A stretch of 64,000 nucleotides of DNA from Lama guanicoe (GCA_013239625.1 MU054323.1:4814214-4878213), one strand, 5' to 3'; shown: positions 1-13,610, counted from the stretch's first letter. Notes: generated by a model not told the origin, from the letters alone. Numbers and translations: made by a program.

Positions 1-251
1 GATGGACACCTGGATTGTTTCCATTTTTTGGCTATTATGAATAATGTTTCTACAATCATTGGCATAAAAGTGTTTGTGTCCTTATAGTCAAATATTTGGG
101 GGAAATCCCTAGATTTCCTGGGTTATATGTTAATTCTATGTTTATCTTTTAGAGGAACTTTGTTTTTCCACAGTGGATATATCAGTTTGCTTTCCTACCA
201 ATAATGTATGAGAATTTCAATTTCTCCACATCCTCTTCAACATTTATTCAT

Positions 252-283
<32 letters not shown>

Positions 284-945
284 ATTATCATTATTATTAT
301 TATTTAGTGGATGTAAAGTGGTACCTCACTGTGGTTTTGATTTGCATTTCCCTAATGCTAATGACACTGAATATCTTTTTTTTTAATGTGTTTATTGGCC
401 ATTTCTTTTTGGCCACCTTCTTTAGAGAAGTATCTATTCAAATACTCAAGTCCTTTGCCCATTTGTTAATTTTTTTTTTTTGCCATTTTGCTTTTCAGTT
501 TTATCTGGATATTAAACCCTTATCAAATAAATGATTTATTTTCTCCCATTTTTTTATTTTGTTGTCTTCATTGTATCCACTGTCTTTACATTTTATTGAT
601 AATGTTCTCTGATGCACAAACATTTAAAAATTTTTTGAAGATCTTGTTTCTTTTATTGCCTATGCTTTAGATGTCATGTTTAAGATTAAGAGACCATTGT
701 CAAATCTAAGATCGTGAAGATTTATCCCTCTATGTCTTCTTCTATAAGTTTTATCATGAAACACTTAAAATTAGGTCTCTGATGCATTTTGAGTTACCTT
801 TTCTATACGTTATAAGGTAAGGATCCAACTTGATTCTTTTGCATGTGAATATCCAGTTTTTCCAGCATTGTTTGTTGAAGAGACTATTCTTGTCCCGCTG
901 AATGGTCTCCGCATCCTTATTGAAAATTAAGTGACCAATATGGGA
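1..945 (-). mobile_element. Old LINE-1 fragment (ORF2 3' region, L1MB/L1MC-like), runs off window start
   Basis: Antisense L1 motifs GTGGTTTTGATTTGCATTTCCCTAATG and ATCCAGTTTTTCCAGCATTGTTTGTTGAAGAGACT; the 208..534 ORF is the usual antisense-L1 reading (KWYLTVVLICISLM). Confidence 0.85.
243..304. repeat. (ATT)n microsatellite inside L1
   Basis: Imperfect ATT/TTA trinucleotide run seen directly. Confidence 0.9.
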
Positions 946-1649
946 GGGCTAGTATTTATATTAAAAAAGACTAACCCAATCAGTTATGACATCTATTATA
1001 TCACATCTGAAAATCTGAGTGAAAAGCTGGAGGGGGAAATGCTAACCTAAGTATTCATCACTGGTAAAAGTCTAGGAGTAGAGAGCATTTAGAAGAAGGA
1101 CAATCAATTGCATAATAATTCAGTAAACCCACAAAATGAACGCCAGCAAGCCCCCCATCCTTTCCCTAAAATGTAAAGAATGCATTTTAAACAACCATCT
1201 GAAAGGAAACCAAGTCTACGTTATAAATGTGGCGATGGGTGGTAGAGACTGAAAAAGCATAATCAGACAGGCAGTGACAATGTCTTTAATAAATGAAAAA
1301 AAAAACTTTCACAGAGAAAGTAAGTTTTATTTCCATCTCTTTGTAAAACTTTCTCTTAGAAAACTTAGGGAAATGTCATTGCATAAAATATTGGTTTGAC
1401 AAATACAGTAGAATATGGGTCAGGCTGATAAATTATACTGGAAATGGCATAACTACAAAATGTTATGTCTTATATAGCTACATCAAATGACTATTGGTCG
1501 AAAATTAAGCCCCATGCACTTAAAACTAGATTCATTTCTTTCTGATTTTATTGAAAGGATTTACCATTAAAGTGGACACTGAGAGACCTTGATTTTTTTT
1601 ACATATCCTGCCACAATTTTCTTTGACACCTTGGAAAGTAATTTAAACT

Positions 1650-1735
1650 CAATAAAATGAAGATAATTGCACTTACCTCACAGAGATGTAGAGAGCGTTA
1701 ATGAGATCATGTCTACAAAGTGATTCAAAGTCTTT
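1650..1735 (+). mobile_element. MIR SINE core fragment
   Basis: TAAAATGAAGATAAT...CTTACCTCACAGAGATGTAGAGAGCGTTAATGAGAT resembles the MIR core. Confidence 0.55.
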
Positions 1736-3327
1736 AGTTGGTAATATAAATAGCAAGCATAACTATATTTTTCCAGATGTCTAATAATGATAACTATAAA
1801 TATGATGAACTGAAAAGTTAAAAGGCTGCCAGTAAAAGTAAAATGTTTTCATTTTAATTGCTAGTCATTTAAATGTTCCCTCTTGCATGTTTGGATTATA
1901 GGAAATGCACAGAAATGTTAATTATGAGTTCCATTTTAATAAGGACATGTCCCCCAAGTTTAGATTCAAGAGTACTTAACTTCTAACCAAATAGGAAAAA
2001 AAAAAACTGAACTACTCCTTCTTTGCAATTATGTCTAATAAATCACTGTAGATAAAATAAATCACAGCATAAATTTTAATGAAACCTATACATTACGTCT
2101 TCAAAATGTTTCTTAATATGAAATAGAGGATCATGACTTTAGTTCCAAATTCCATTACTCAATTGTCATACCTTTCGTGTGTCTTTATTCCTGAGCTGAT
2201 AAGGCCCAATACTAATATCCTCCATTCAGTTCCTATCCTGTTAAATATTCCTCGGTGCAGAAACACTTAGACTCAGACCCCAAACTATTTTTAAGTTCAG
2301 AGCCTACACTATAATCCTACTGCTGTCAACCATTTGTGAATTAAAGTACTTATCTCTAAAACTGAATTGCATTTTACATTAAATGAGCCAGAAAAAAAGC
2401 AATGTTGATTCTAACGGGAACAGGCATGATGATCTCCTGGCCAAAGATGCTTTTCAAAGTACTGATTCTTGGCAGCTATGGTGGTTCACTGTCTACTGTA
2501 CTTGGCCGTGGGATAGGCATTGCAGACAGGGACTTTGAAATGAGACCAGACATTAGGTCTGGATTCAATAAATACCAGAGTAAAAGAGGTCACTGTGTAC
2601 AGCAAGCAGCGGGGTAATTGCATCCTAAAGGACAGCAGGATTTCTTGTCAAGTCCCACGAGGGCAGTTTGGGTTGCACTGATCTGACTGGTTATTGTTAG
2701 ATTTCATCCAACAGGTTGTCAGGATTCAATAGTCTGTCACACTCCACACATGCAAATAAGAAATGCAAGCTGAGGGAGGAAAATTCCAGTAGCTTTTTGG
2801 GATAGGAAAACAAGCTATATTTTGTTTTTAAGCTCCTCCTGTAATCCATCAAAGTTAATGAGTTCATTGCTGTATAGTGAAGTTAAAACGAATGCATTCT
2901 TCCTTTATCCACCTTGACACTGCTTAAGTAAACTTTCTCAACACAACTGATACAGGAAATGTCTCTTTTCTCAAAGTCAGCCATACCCGTAGTAGCTACA
3001 GGGTAAATTCTGTCAAGATTTCAGATCGACAGCTATTACTGATAGTCAAATACAAAATCATCAATGGCTCACCTACACATGCGCACGCATGCACACACCA
3101 TTCCAAACCACCACCATCTCCCATTTCCATCACCATCAGTATTACCAGCAGCTGTAGGCACTACGGTTTGGATCTGCCTCAAGATGAGAGATAAGCAGAC
3201 TAGGAGAACATGGGGAATTCTCATTTGAAATGGAAGGTTTCTTCCATAACACAGGATTAATCTTGCCAGAATTCAGGAGGCAGTGGTTAAAAATTCTTTA
3301 AAGTGAGGAAATGAGCCAGGTATCCTA

Positions 3328-3777
3328 TTTTTTTTAAACTCAAGTATAGTCAATTTACAATGTTGTGTTAATTTCTGGTGTATAGCAGAGTGACTAATTT
3401 ATACATACATATATTCCTTTTCATATTCTTTTTATTTATAGGCCATTACAAGGTATTGAATATAGTTCCCAGTGCTATAGAGTAGAACCCTGTTTATCTA
3501 TTTTGTATGTAGTAGATAGTACCTTAAAATCCCAAACTCCCAATTTATCCCTCTATACCCGCCTTTCCCCTCTGGTAACCATAAGTTCGTTTTCTGTGTC
3601 TGTGATTCTGCCTCTGTTTTGTAAATAAGTAAATTTGTGTCTTTTCTTTTTTCAGATTTCACATATAACTGATACCTGTGGTATTTTTCTTTCTCTTTCT
3701 GGCTTACTTCATTTAGTATCACGATCTCCAGGTCCATCCATGTTGCTGCAAATGGCATTATTTTATTATTTTTTATA
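3328..3777 (-). mobile_element. 5'-truncated cetartiodactyl-type L1 (3'UTR plus ORF2 tail)
   Basis: PolyT at the left end; the 3498..3758 ORF MPFAATWMDLEIVILNEVSQKEKEKYH is the typical L1 3' reading. Confidence 0.9.
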
Positions 3778-3929
3778 AGCCAGATATTCTATAGTATTCA
3801 GGAAGAATATCTTTCATATCAGAAGGAAGTTAAACAAAGAGAACTATCTTTAATTAAATGCAACTCTTATTTAAAGATTAAGGGGAAAGGGGAATTTTTG
3901 CTTAGTTTCTGGTAATTAATCATCGATGT

Positions 3930-5460
3930 AAAAGACACTCAAGTAAAAGCCAATTGCATTTCTTTACAGTAGCAATAAGCAACTCAAAGTAAAACTAAGA
4001 AAACAAATCCATTTATAATAACATGTCAAAACCTAGCATACCTACAAATAAATTTAACAAAAGAAGTGTAAGACTGATACACTGAAATCTATAAAATATG
4101 TTGAAAGAAATACAAAACCTAAGTAAATGCAAAGACATCTTACATTCATGGATTAGAAGACAAGATTGTTTGGATGGCAGTACTCCCTGGCTTGATCGCA
4201 GATCCAGGGCAACTCTTATCAAAATTCTAGGTGGACTTTATTTTTCTAGAAGCTGACAAGCTGACCCTAAAAATTATATGGAAATTCAAAGGATCTAGAA
4301 TAGTTAATATTGAAAACTTCCTGATTCTAAAACTTACTACAAATCTACAGTAATCAAGACAGTGTGGTACTGGCTTAAGGACAGACATATAGATCAAATA
4401 ACAAATAGACAGACGTATAGATCAGTTTTTTGTATTTTAAAGGATACTATCAAGAAAATAGAAGATCAAGCCACAGAATGAGATAAGGTGTTTGCATATC
4501 ATGTATCTGATAAAGTCTAGCACACATAAAAATATAAGTATGTACATGTGTAGTATACATACATATATCTATATACACATTTGTATACATGTGTACATAG
4601 ATACGTACTCATTATTCAACAGTGAAAAGACAAATAATTTGTTTAAGGCAAAGATTTTGAAATAACATTTTGCCAAAGAAGAAGGCCAATTAGCATGAGA
4701 AAAACTGTTGAACACCATTAGTCATTAAGAAAATGCAAATCAAAACCACTTCACACTATTAGTATGGCTAGAATAAAAAACACAGACAGTAACAAGCATT
4801 AGTGGTATAGAGAAATAGGAATCTTCATACAAGGCTGATAGAAATGTAAAATGATGCAGCCACTTTGGAAACAGTTCAGTGCTTTCTCTAGAATTTAAAT
4901 AGAGTCCCATATCATCCAGCATTTCTAAATTACACATCCAAGATGAATAAAAATATATGTTCACACAAAAATTACACATATACTTATTACAATATTCATA
5001 ACAGCAAAAAAGTAGAAAGAACTCAAAAGTGCATCCAGTGATGAATGGAGAAAGAAAATGGAATACTATTTAGCCATTAAAATGGAATTATGTACTGATA
5101 CATACTACAACATGGGTAAACCTTGAAAACATTACATTGTTAACACAGCTAGAGGTAAAAGGCCACATACTGCATAATTCCATTTATATGAATTATAATA
5201 GGCAAATCCATAGAGATGGAAAAGAAATCAATGGTTCCCAGGGGCTGGTGGGGCTGAGAGTGGGAAAAGGAAATAAAGGTTGAGAGTACTTGCTAATGGG
5301 TTCAGCCATTCTTTGGAGGGTTTCTTTGGAGGGGTGATAAAAATGTTTTGGGATCTGTTACAATGATTACATAACCTTTTGAATACACTAAAATCTCTAG
5401 AGTTTGCTTTTAAAATGATGAATTTTATGATATTTGAATTATATTTCAATTTAAAAAAAA
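3930..5460 (+). mobile_element. Old LINE-1, ORF2 3' half and 3'UTR (L1MB/L1MC-like), decayed
   Basis: AAAACTTACTACAAATCTACAGTAATCAAGACAGTGTGGTACTGG, GAAAATGCAAATCAAAACCAC, A-rich tail at ~5453. Confidence 0.85.
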
Positions 5461-5814
5461 TCACTGGAGAAATGATATTAACTTCCATTTCAATGAAGGA
5501 ATGATGTACAACAGCACATATATATCATGCCATTCAAACAGAAGTGCAAATAAATTTCAATTCTGTTCTTCTGTTTTTCCCCTGTACCTAAATCAAAAAT
5601 TCTGCGAGATAAATGTTCTAGGAATTACAAGCCTTTGATATGAAAAGTAGACAATAGGCATCTTTTCTGATATTAGAAACATATTTCTTTGTTTTATGGT
5701 GATTATGAAATTTTTTCATAGGTCTGTCTGTGCCCTTTCCTCCTACAAATATCAGGAAGACATTGTTGTGATTTGTGCTCACAGTTAAGACCAGTTCTTC
5801 TAATTACAAGACAA

Positions 5815-6620
5815 GCAATGTCATCATTTCACTTGATCTGTCAGCTGTATTTGCACTATTAATTACTTCCTTCTACTTGATATGCCTTCTTTAATTGGCT
5901 TTGAGGAATCATGCTCTTATTTTCTCTCTTCTATCCCAGGCCATTCCTTCTCAGTATCTTATGCTGGTTCCTCCTCTTCTCCATGACTTTCTTACACACC
6001 AGTGCTTCAGGGCTCAGTCCTTTTTCTACTCATTAGCTCTATCCATTTGCTCTTATCAGTGATCCCAAATATTCTCATGGTTCTAAATATTATCTATGTA
6101 CCAATGTCCTGCAAATATACACCCCTGCCTGGATCTTGCTTCTAAACTCCAAGCTCATTTATACAACTGCATATCAACAATATGTCACGTTTAGCAGAAA
6201 ACTCACGCTTAACATATTCAAAACTAAACACCTGATTCCTCTTCTCTCAGCCCCACACTCCCTGCAAACCCTCCTCCCTACCAAAAATAATCCTCTGGGT
6301 CAACCATAGTTTTTTCCAAGTCAGTTCATGGCTACCTCATCATTCAATTTCTCAGGACAAAACATTTAGAGTCATATTTGATGCTTTTATGTCTCTTATA
6401 TCCCATATCCAATCTGTTAGGAAGTGGTGTTGGTTCTATCTTAAAATATACCTAGAATTTCCCTACTTCTTGTCACATTAATTGCTCCCTCTCTGGTCCA
6501 AGCCACCATCAACCCACCTCTAGCTTAACGTAAGTACTACCTAAAATCTGTATCTGCTTCTACTTATGTCCTGTCCCATAATCTATTTTCACCCTAGAAG
6601 CCAAGGTATTACATTAAAAT
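5815..6620 (+). mobile_element. LINE-2 RT/3' region; resumes at ~9550-9605 after nested insertions
   Basis: Decayed L2 RT motifs CTTGATCTGTCAGCTGTATTTG (LDLSAxF), CAGGGCTCAGTCCTT (QGSVL) and CTCATGGTTCTAAATATTATCTATGT. Confidence 0.85.
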
Positions 6621-6630
6621 ATATTTATTA

Positions 6631-9547
6631 GAGTTAACCATTGGACAACAAGGGGATTAGGGGTGCCAATCCTCTGCACAGTCCAAAATCCACATATAAG
6701 TTATAGTGTATCCACAGTTTCTCTGGATCTGCAATTCTGCATCTGCAGATTCAACCAATAGAGCTGTAATATTTACTACTGAAAAAAAATCTAGAGGAGT
6801 GGCCAAGATAGTGAAGTAGAAAGAACTTGAACTCATCTCTTCCCAAGGGCATGTCAGAGTTATAACTATTTATAGAGAAACTATCAGTAATAATGATCTG
6901 AAGACTAGCATAAAAGATTTTCCACAACTAGAGATATAAAGAAGGGATGGCGAGATGGGGAGGAGGGGCAGAGGTGCTGTATAGTCAAGACCCACACTTC
7001 CAGGTAGGTGACCCACAAACAGAAGGATAATTACAATTGCAGACATTCTTCCCAAGATGCTAGAGGTCCTAGGTTCCCAAGCCCATGGCTCTTACACCAG
7101 TAAGATGAGCACCTAAAACATCTGGCTTTGAAGGCCAGCAGGACTTGAGCGTGAGAGAACCTGAGGGCCATAGGACTCTATTTTTAAAGGGCACTTGAAA
7201 AATCTCATACACTCTGAGACCCAGTGCCAAGGAAGTAGTCTGAGAGAAGCCTGGGTCAGACTCACTTACTGACATTAGAGAAGCCTCCCCAGGAGGATTC
7301 TATTTTACAGAGGGACAGATTAGCAAACTGGAAAACAGAGTAGTGGAAACTACCCAAGATGAACAGAAAAAAAATTTTTTAAATAGGACAGTTTAAGAGA
7401 CTTCAGAGACAACATCAAGCATACTAACATTTGCACCCAAAAAAGAGACAGGAATTTAAACATAGCACTAAAGATAATCATCAAATCACAAAGAAAGAGA
7501 TCAAAAGAAGAAACAAACAAACAAAAAAATCTTAAAAAAAAAAAAAGATCAGCTGGAGTTGTCACACTACCTGATTTCAGTTTGTACTACAAAGTGACAG
7601 TAATCAAAACACTATGGTACTGGCACAAAAACAGACACATCGATCAACAGAACAGAACAGAGAGACTGGAAATGAACCCACACTTACATGGTCAATTAAT
7701 CTACAACAAAGGAGGCAGGAATTTACAATGGGAAATAAATAAATGGTGTTGGAAAAACTGGACATCTACATGCAAAATAATCAACTTGGACTTCTTTCTC
7801 ACACCATATAGAAAAATAAACTCAAAATGGATTACAGATTTAGATGTAAGACTTGAAACGATTAAATTCCTTAAAGAAAACATAGGCAGTACTCTCTTTG
7901 ACATTGGTCTTCAAAATATTTTTTTTGGATATGTCTCCTCAGACAAACAAAAGTATAAATAAACAAATGGGACTACATCAAACTAAAAAGCTTTGCATAA
8001 TGAAGGAAACTGGCAATGAAAGGAAAAGGCCTCCTATTGAATGGGAGAAGATATCTACAAACAATGCATCTGATAAGGGGTCAATATCCAAAACATACAA
8101 AGCACTCATACAACTCAACTTAGAAAAATAATAATCTAATTAAAAATGGACACAGGACCTGAATAGATATTTTTCCAAGACATATAGATGCTCAATAGAC
8201 ACAGGAAAAGATGCTCAACATCACTAATCATCAGGGACACGAAAATCAGATCCACAATGCGTTGTCACATCACATCTGTCAGAATGGCTATTATCCAAAA
8301 GACAACAAACAAAACATATTGGTGAGAATGTGGAGAAAAGGGATAGCTCGTGCCCTTTTGGTGGGCATGTAAATTGGTGCAGTCACTAAGGATTCCTCAA
8401 AAAAATAAAAATAAAACTACCGTACAATCCAGCATTTCCATTTCTGAATATTTTTCCCAAAGGAAACAAAAGCACTAATTCAAAAAGACAGATGTGCCCT
8501 TTTGTTCATTGCAGCATTATTCACAGTGAAAGCAACTGAGGTTTCCATCAATAGATAGATGGATTAAGATGTGGTGTGTGTATATGTATATATATATGTT
8601 CATATACATACATACATTCAAACAAAAGCATATCACTCAGCCACAAAAAAAAGAAATCTTACCATTTTTGACAACAGACCTAGAAGGTATTGTGCTCAGT
8701 GAAATAAGTCAGACAGAGAAAGAAAAAATACCACATGATTTCACTTATATGAGGAATCTGAAAATAAAACAAATGAACAAACACAACAGAAACCGAGTCA
8801 TAGATACAGAAAACAAACAGGTGATTGCTTAGAGAGGAGAGGGGTGGGTGGATGAATGAAATAGGCAGGGGAAATTAAGAGGTACAAACTCCCAGTTACA
8901 AAATAAATGAACTAGACTATAGGAATATAGTTAATAATAATGTCATATATTTGAATGTAGGCTAATGGTAACTAGACTGATTATGGTGTTCATTTTGTAA
9001 AGTATAGAAATATCAAGTCTATGTTGTGTATTAGGTACTAACATAGGGTTGTAGGTCAATTATACTACAAAAAACTCAACCAAACAAACAGACTCAGAAA
9101 AATAGATCAGATTTGTGGTTAAGAAAGGCAGGGGGTGGGAGTCGTGGAAATTGAATGAAGATGGTCAAAAGTTATGAGATTCCAGTTATAAGCTAAATAA
9201 GCACTATGGATATAATGTATAATACGATTAATATAAATAACAGTGCTATGTGTTATATATAAAAATTTAAGAGAATAAACCCTAAGAGGTCTCATCACAA
9301 GGAAAAAAAATTTTTTATTTTTCTTTTATTCTTTTATTTTGTATTTATATAAGATAATGGATGCTCATAAACTTATTGTGGTCATCATTTCATGATGTAT
9401 ATAAGTTAAATAATTATGTTGTACATCTTCAACTTATATATTGCTGTATGTCAATTATAGCTCTGTCAACTATAAATCTGGAAGGAAAAAAATCCACGTA
9501 TTAATGGGACCATGCATTTCAAACTCTGGTTGTTCAAGGTTCAACTG
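6631..9547. mobile_element. Tigger2-derived MITE (TcMar-Tigger), split by an L1 into 6631-6791 and ~9486-9547
   Basis: TA-flanked terminal inverted repeats: TA|GAGTTAACCATTGGACAAC ... GTTGTTCAAGGTTCAACTG|TA; internal GATTCAACCAA motif. Confidence 0.85.
6792..9485 (+). mobile_element. L1 with 5'UTR start and 3' end but three large internal deletions (~2.7 kb), TSD AAAAAAATC
   Basis: 5'UTR start (GGCCAAGATAGTG) to ~7300; ORF1 remnant ~7305-7435 (EGQISKLENRVVETTQDEQK...DNIKHTNIC); inter-ORF-like piece ~7437-7545; ORF2 C-terminus from ~7548 (ORF 7582..7962 [21 protein letters not shown]); 3'UTR to ~9485. Confidence 0.9.
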
Positions 9548-9659
9548 TAGTTTCTATCATTTCTTTGCTCAGACATTCTAATGACCTCTCATCACACTCA
9601 AGAAACTTATATTGGTATCAATTCTATTCTTTTTTTCTTCCAGTTTTAATTTTTTTCTG

Positions 9660-10175
9660 ATAAGAAATGTGTCTTATTTCTTGGGTTACCTTTAGAAGTA
9701 TTTCCTCATTATCGGTTTTCAACAATTTGATTTGGAGGTGTTTCGGCATGTGTGTTTTGTTTTGTTTATTCTACTTATCCTTCTTGGAGTTCTTTGAGTT
9801 ACTTAGGTCTTTGTGTTTATCCCTCATCTAATTTGGAAAGTGTTCAACTAGTACTTTATCAAATATGTTTTCTGTCCAATTTTTTTCCATTTATTGTTTT
9901 ACTATTTCGCATATATGTTAAACCTCTTTGTAATGTCCTGTAGGTCACTGAGGGACTATTTTTTTCACTAGTTTTTTGGTCTTTGTGATAGTTTTTATTC
10001 CTTTCTTTAAATAAACTGAGTTTTTCCCTAGTGTCCAATCTGCTGTTAAATCTAACCAATCTTTTTTTTTTTTTACTTAAGTGTTTGCATTTTTCAGTTG
10101 TAAAATTTTAATTTAATTCTATTGTGTAGCTTCCATTTCTTTATTGAGATGCCATATTTGTTACCTCATTATGTC
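9660..10175 (-). mobile_element. Ancient L1/HAL1-type ORF1 fragment
   Basis: T-rich antisense ORF1-like sequence; the minus ORF 9859..10059 (RFNSRLDTREK) resembles the ORF1 coiled-coil. Confidence 0.6.
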
Positions 10176-10239
10176 ACAGAATATTCCAAAATATACAGTG
10201 ATCAACAATAGTAATTTAGAAAATATATTAGAAAAATAT

Positions 10240-11245
10240 ACTGAATTCACACTGGCAAATATTAAATGAACCATAAAATTGCTATAACAAAGTATTTTTG
10301 ATTTAACCTTACTCATTAAAAAGACAATTTATTGATTTGAACATGATTGTGTGATTCTTTTCATCTTCAATCAAATTATTATCAGTGGGTCTGATGTAGA
10401 AAAGACCACCAGCAAATGACCACTGGGGTGACTCCTGACACTGTAAATGTAAGTGCATGGCCAGAGATTATGTCAAATTGTCAATGTGATCTGTGGTTTC
10501 TGGACCTAGAAACATCAGGGTAATGAAGAAAAGATAATATTGAAATTAAATAGTGCCAGAAACTATTCTGTTTAAAGTCTTCAAATCATTCGACATGTGA
10601 AATAATTAAAAATAGAACATAGTTCTCAGTGACTCCCGGCCAAAAGCAACTTTCTATACTTAAAAATATATTATATACATATATAAAATATATTTTTCCT
10701 TTCTTAAAATTTTATTAAACAAATAAAACTAATAATGTATCATTATTTTGTTTTATTTGTTTATTTTTAATTGTTTATTATTTATATATTCAATAATATT
10801 CTGAATCTTACAGAATAGCTATAAAGAAAATTTAGTTTTCCCAAATTTGTCTCAAAAATGTAAATAACATATCCAGTAACACATTATGAAACAAAAATAA
10901 TTTTTCCTAAACTATCAATTATTAAAGGAAACTAATTTATATCATTAGAGGAAAGATTGAATTGACTTTGTGCTCTCATATCAGAAGTTATAATTACAAA
11001 ATCATTTTCAAGTAAAGGAACAATTAAAGAAAATGCAGCCAAAACAAAAAAGCAGGAAAAATAAAGAATTATCTTATAAATTTTATAAATAAAACATTAT
11101 ACTGTTTTCCTGGATTTTTTTTAATGGTTATGGTACTTATTGCAATTTCTTTTCTCATTATGAATAAATATTGACTAATTTTATATTATTTTCCCTAAAC
11201 AGTGTTTGTCAAAATTATATATGCTTCAGGCCACAACAGAACAGA
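10240..11245 (+). mobile_element. hAT-Tip100 DNA transposon remnant (Zaphod-like)
   Basis: Decayed hAT dimerisation-domain coding: TTCCCAAATTTG (FPNL), CCTAAACTATCAATTATTAAA (KLSIIK), TTAGAGGAAAGATTGAAT (LEERLN), GCAGCCAAAA; terminal GCTTCAGGCCACAA. Confidence 0.7.
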
Positions 11246-12599
11246 GTGAGAGAGAACTCATAAAATTATGCACATACTAATGTGGAAATGAAAATAAAAA
11301 TGTAATCCATAATCCAAAACTATAAGAATATTTAACAAATGTCGATTTTTTTTTCCTTTCTTTTACCTTTATCCGTCTTTCTCCTTTCACACCATTATCT
11401 TTCTGTTGTCCAGTGTCCTTCAAATTTTCTATAGTCAGATATCACTACATTAATGATTTTGGTTGTAGAATTTTGAAACCTCAGCTCTACTTTTAATGAA
11501 GGCAAAGACACCAATCACAGAGGACCTAGCAGTACTCTTGATACATGAGAAATCATGGCCAGCTAGAGCTCTCAACCCACCTCCACCTCCAATTAGTTAC
11601 TTCAGACAGGTTACTCGTGGATCTCACTTTCCTGCTTTGTAAAATGGAGCTGAAAAGACGTGTGTGTGTGTTAATTTCAAACAAAGTAATGCACAAGAAG
11701 GCACAGGGAAAAAAATAAAATTTCCACATTTTGATTGCTTACTCTGTGTCTCAGTAAAAGCTTTCTACAAAAAAAAAAAACCTACATATATATATAAAAC
11801 TAGAAGACGCTGAAAAAAACTAGAAGACACAGATACAAAGAGAACATTTTTAAGGCATATATTGAAAAAAAGAGGATACCTCCCAAGTAAACGTTGTCAC
11901 ATAAGAAGGGAAACTTTCATAAAGTCAAGTAAATTAAATAGACACGTTGTCTTTCGTGATTCTGGAGAGCATCCTATGAAGGAGACAGGGAGGAAGCTCG
12001 GTCTTTGGTGTCCCGGTTAGCACATGGCTGAGTCTCCCCCGGCCAGGGCTGCTGCTAACACCGAGGTCTGTGGTGCATGACCAAACACCAGGGCATGGGG
12101 TACGTGAAATTCAGTGAGGAGGGCAAGAGTTTCCTGTCATCTTGGCATCCATTTCCCAGTCACTTGACACTGCTCCCCAAAGACGTCAGCAGAGCATCTG
12201 CTCTGTTGACAGCATGAGCAGCTTGACATTTCTTCTGAGGAATGAACGATTAGGGTTCTTGGAAGGCTTGATAGAGCCAGCAGGAAGCCCCACAGCTTCG
12301 GGCCACCTCCACAAATTGCCTCCCAAACGTCGTGGATGTGATTACATTTATATTTTTCTCTCATAAGTAAGAGAAGGACTACACCAGAGCCTGCTTCTGA
12401 TACCAGATCTGCTCTGGGCACAGTTCCTAGGATCGCACACTGACGGCAGGCAAAGATGAATGAAAAGCTTTCTTTACAAAGCATGTGTGTCTGGTGCAGC
12501 CCTTAGGGTGGACCACACATAGTTGATCGCCTGTTTTCATGACATTTTCTCACTACTAAGACAGGTTTTGAATTACCATGCTGCTTATTTCTTGTTAAA

Positions 12600-13610
12600 A
12601 AAAATACAATAGTATCAAATGCTTATGGTAAAAACTTTAAAACATGCAAGATGTAGTGTAATGACAAATAAATCGGCCTTCGACTCCAGATTTCCAGGGT
12701 ATCCCGCAGTGTTAGCCACTGTCACCAAGTCTTTACATATCCTTTAGTCAGTACCCATAGATTTACAAGACTTACATCATTTTTTTCTTAATGACTGCTT
12801 TATATTCCAATGCATGAAGTTATTTTTTTTAATTCCTATATTGTGTGATATTAATGTTATACCAGTACTGTTGTAATAAAGCCACTGCAATGAACAACCT
12901 TGCACATTCATGGAAAGGCAATAAAATTTGGTTAAGAGCCAGACTATTTAGGATCAAATGTGAGCTCTTTCTTTTTTTTTTTTCTTCACTAGCTTTGATT
13001 TTGGAACTCACTTTACCCTTATTTGCTTTAGTTTCCTCATAAGTAAAACGGGATAATAATAATGCCGGCTTCTTAGAATATTGTGAGGATGCAATTAGTT
13101 GCTGAGTACATGCAGGGATGGAATACCTAGGCCAGTACAGACGTGCCTTTTAAAAGGCATCACATACTTCTAGCCCCACCAAAAGAATATGGAGGAGCCA
13201 GTGTTCAGTCACCCTCAGTAACGGAATATTCTAACGTACAAATGAACTTTGCAACTGATAGAATGAAAATTGCATTTCATTGTTGTTTTAAATTTTATTT
13301 TTAATTATGAGAAAAATAAAGGTATTTATATGTTCATGCACCATTTTCATTGATTTTTTGGTGAACCCTCAATCCCTATTTTCCTCTCCCTCTTTTGTCA
13401 ATTTTTGGTTCATCATTTTTATTTTGACTCATGGAAGTGCTCTATGTCTTAAATATGGCAAATGTATTTTTCGCAGCTTGCTTTTTATCTGTTGAATTCA
13501 TTTTAATATTTATATTAGGCCATGACTTTAAAAATATCTACTTTAATAATACCAAGTAAATTCATCTATATTTTTATTTACAACTTCGTTTTTTTAAAAA
13601 AATCTGCTTT
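12600..13610 (-). mobile_element. Very old L1 (L1ME-like) fragments interrupted by a MIR
   Basis: GCCACTGCAATGAACAACCTTGCACA and TGCATTTCATTGTTGTTTTAAATTTTATTTT antisense L1 motifs. Confidence 0.5.
12925..13110 (+). mobile_element. MIR SINE
   Basis: GGTTAAGAGCCAGACT...TTTCCTCATAAGTAAAACGGGATAATAAT...TTGTGAGGAT. Confidence 0.7.

Noticed and set aside
2400..2780. Unique-looking sequence that might be a conserved element (likewise 51190-51420, which has an ATTTGCAT octamer)
   Set aside because: Conservation cannot be judged without alignments, and no coding or RNA-gene signature is visible.
7582..7962. 126-aa ORF with clear protein homology
   Set aside because: L1 ORF2 fragment within a deleted element, not a host gene.
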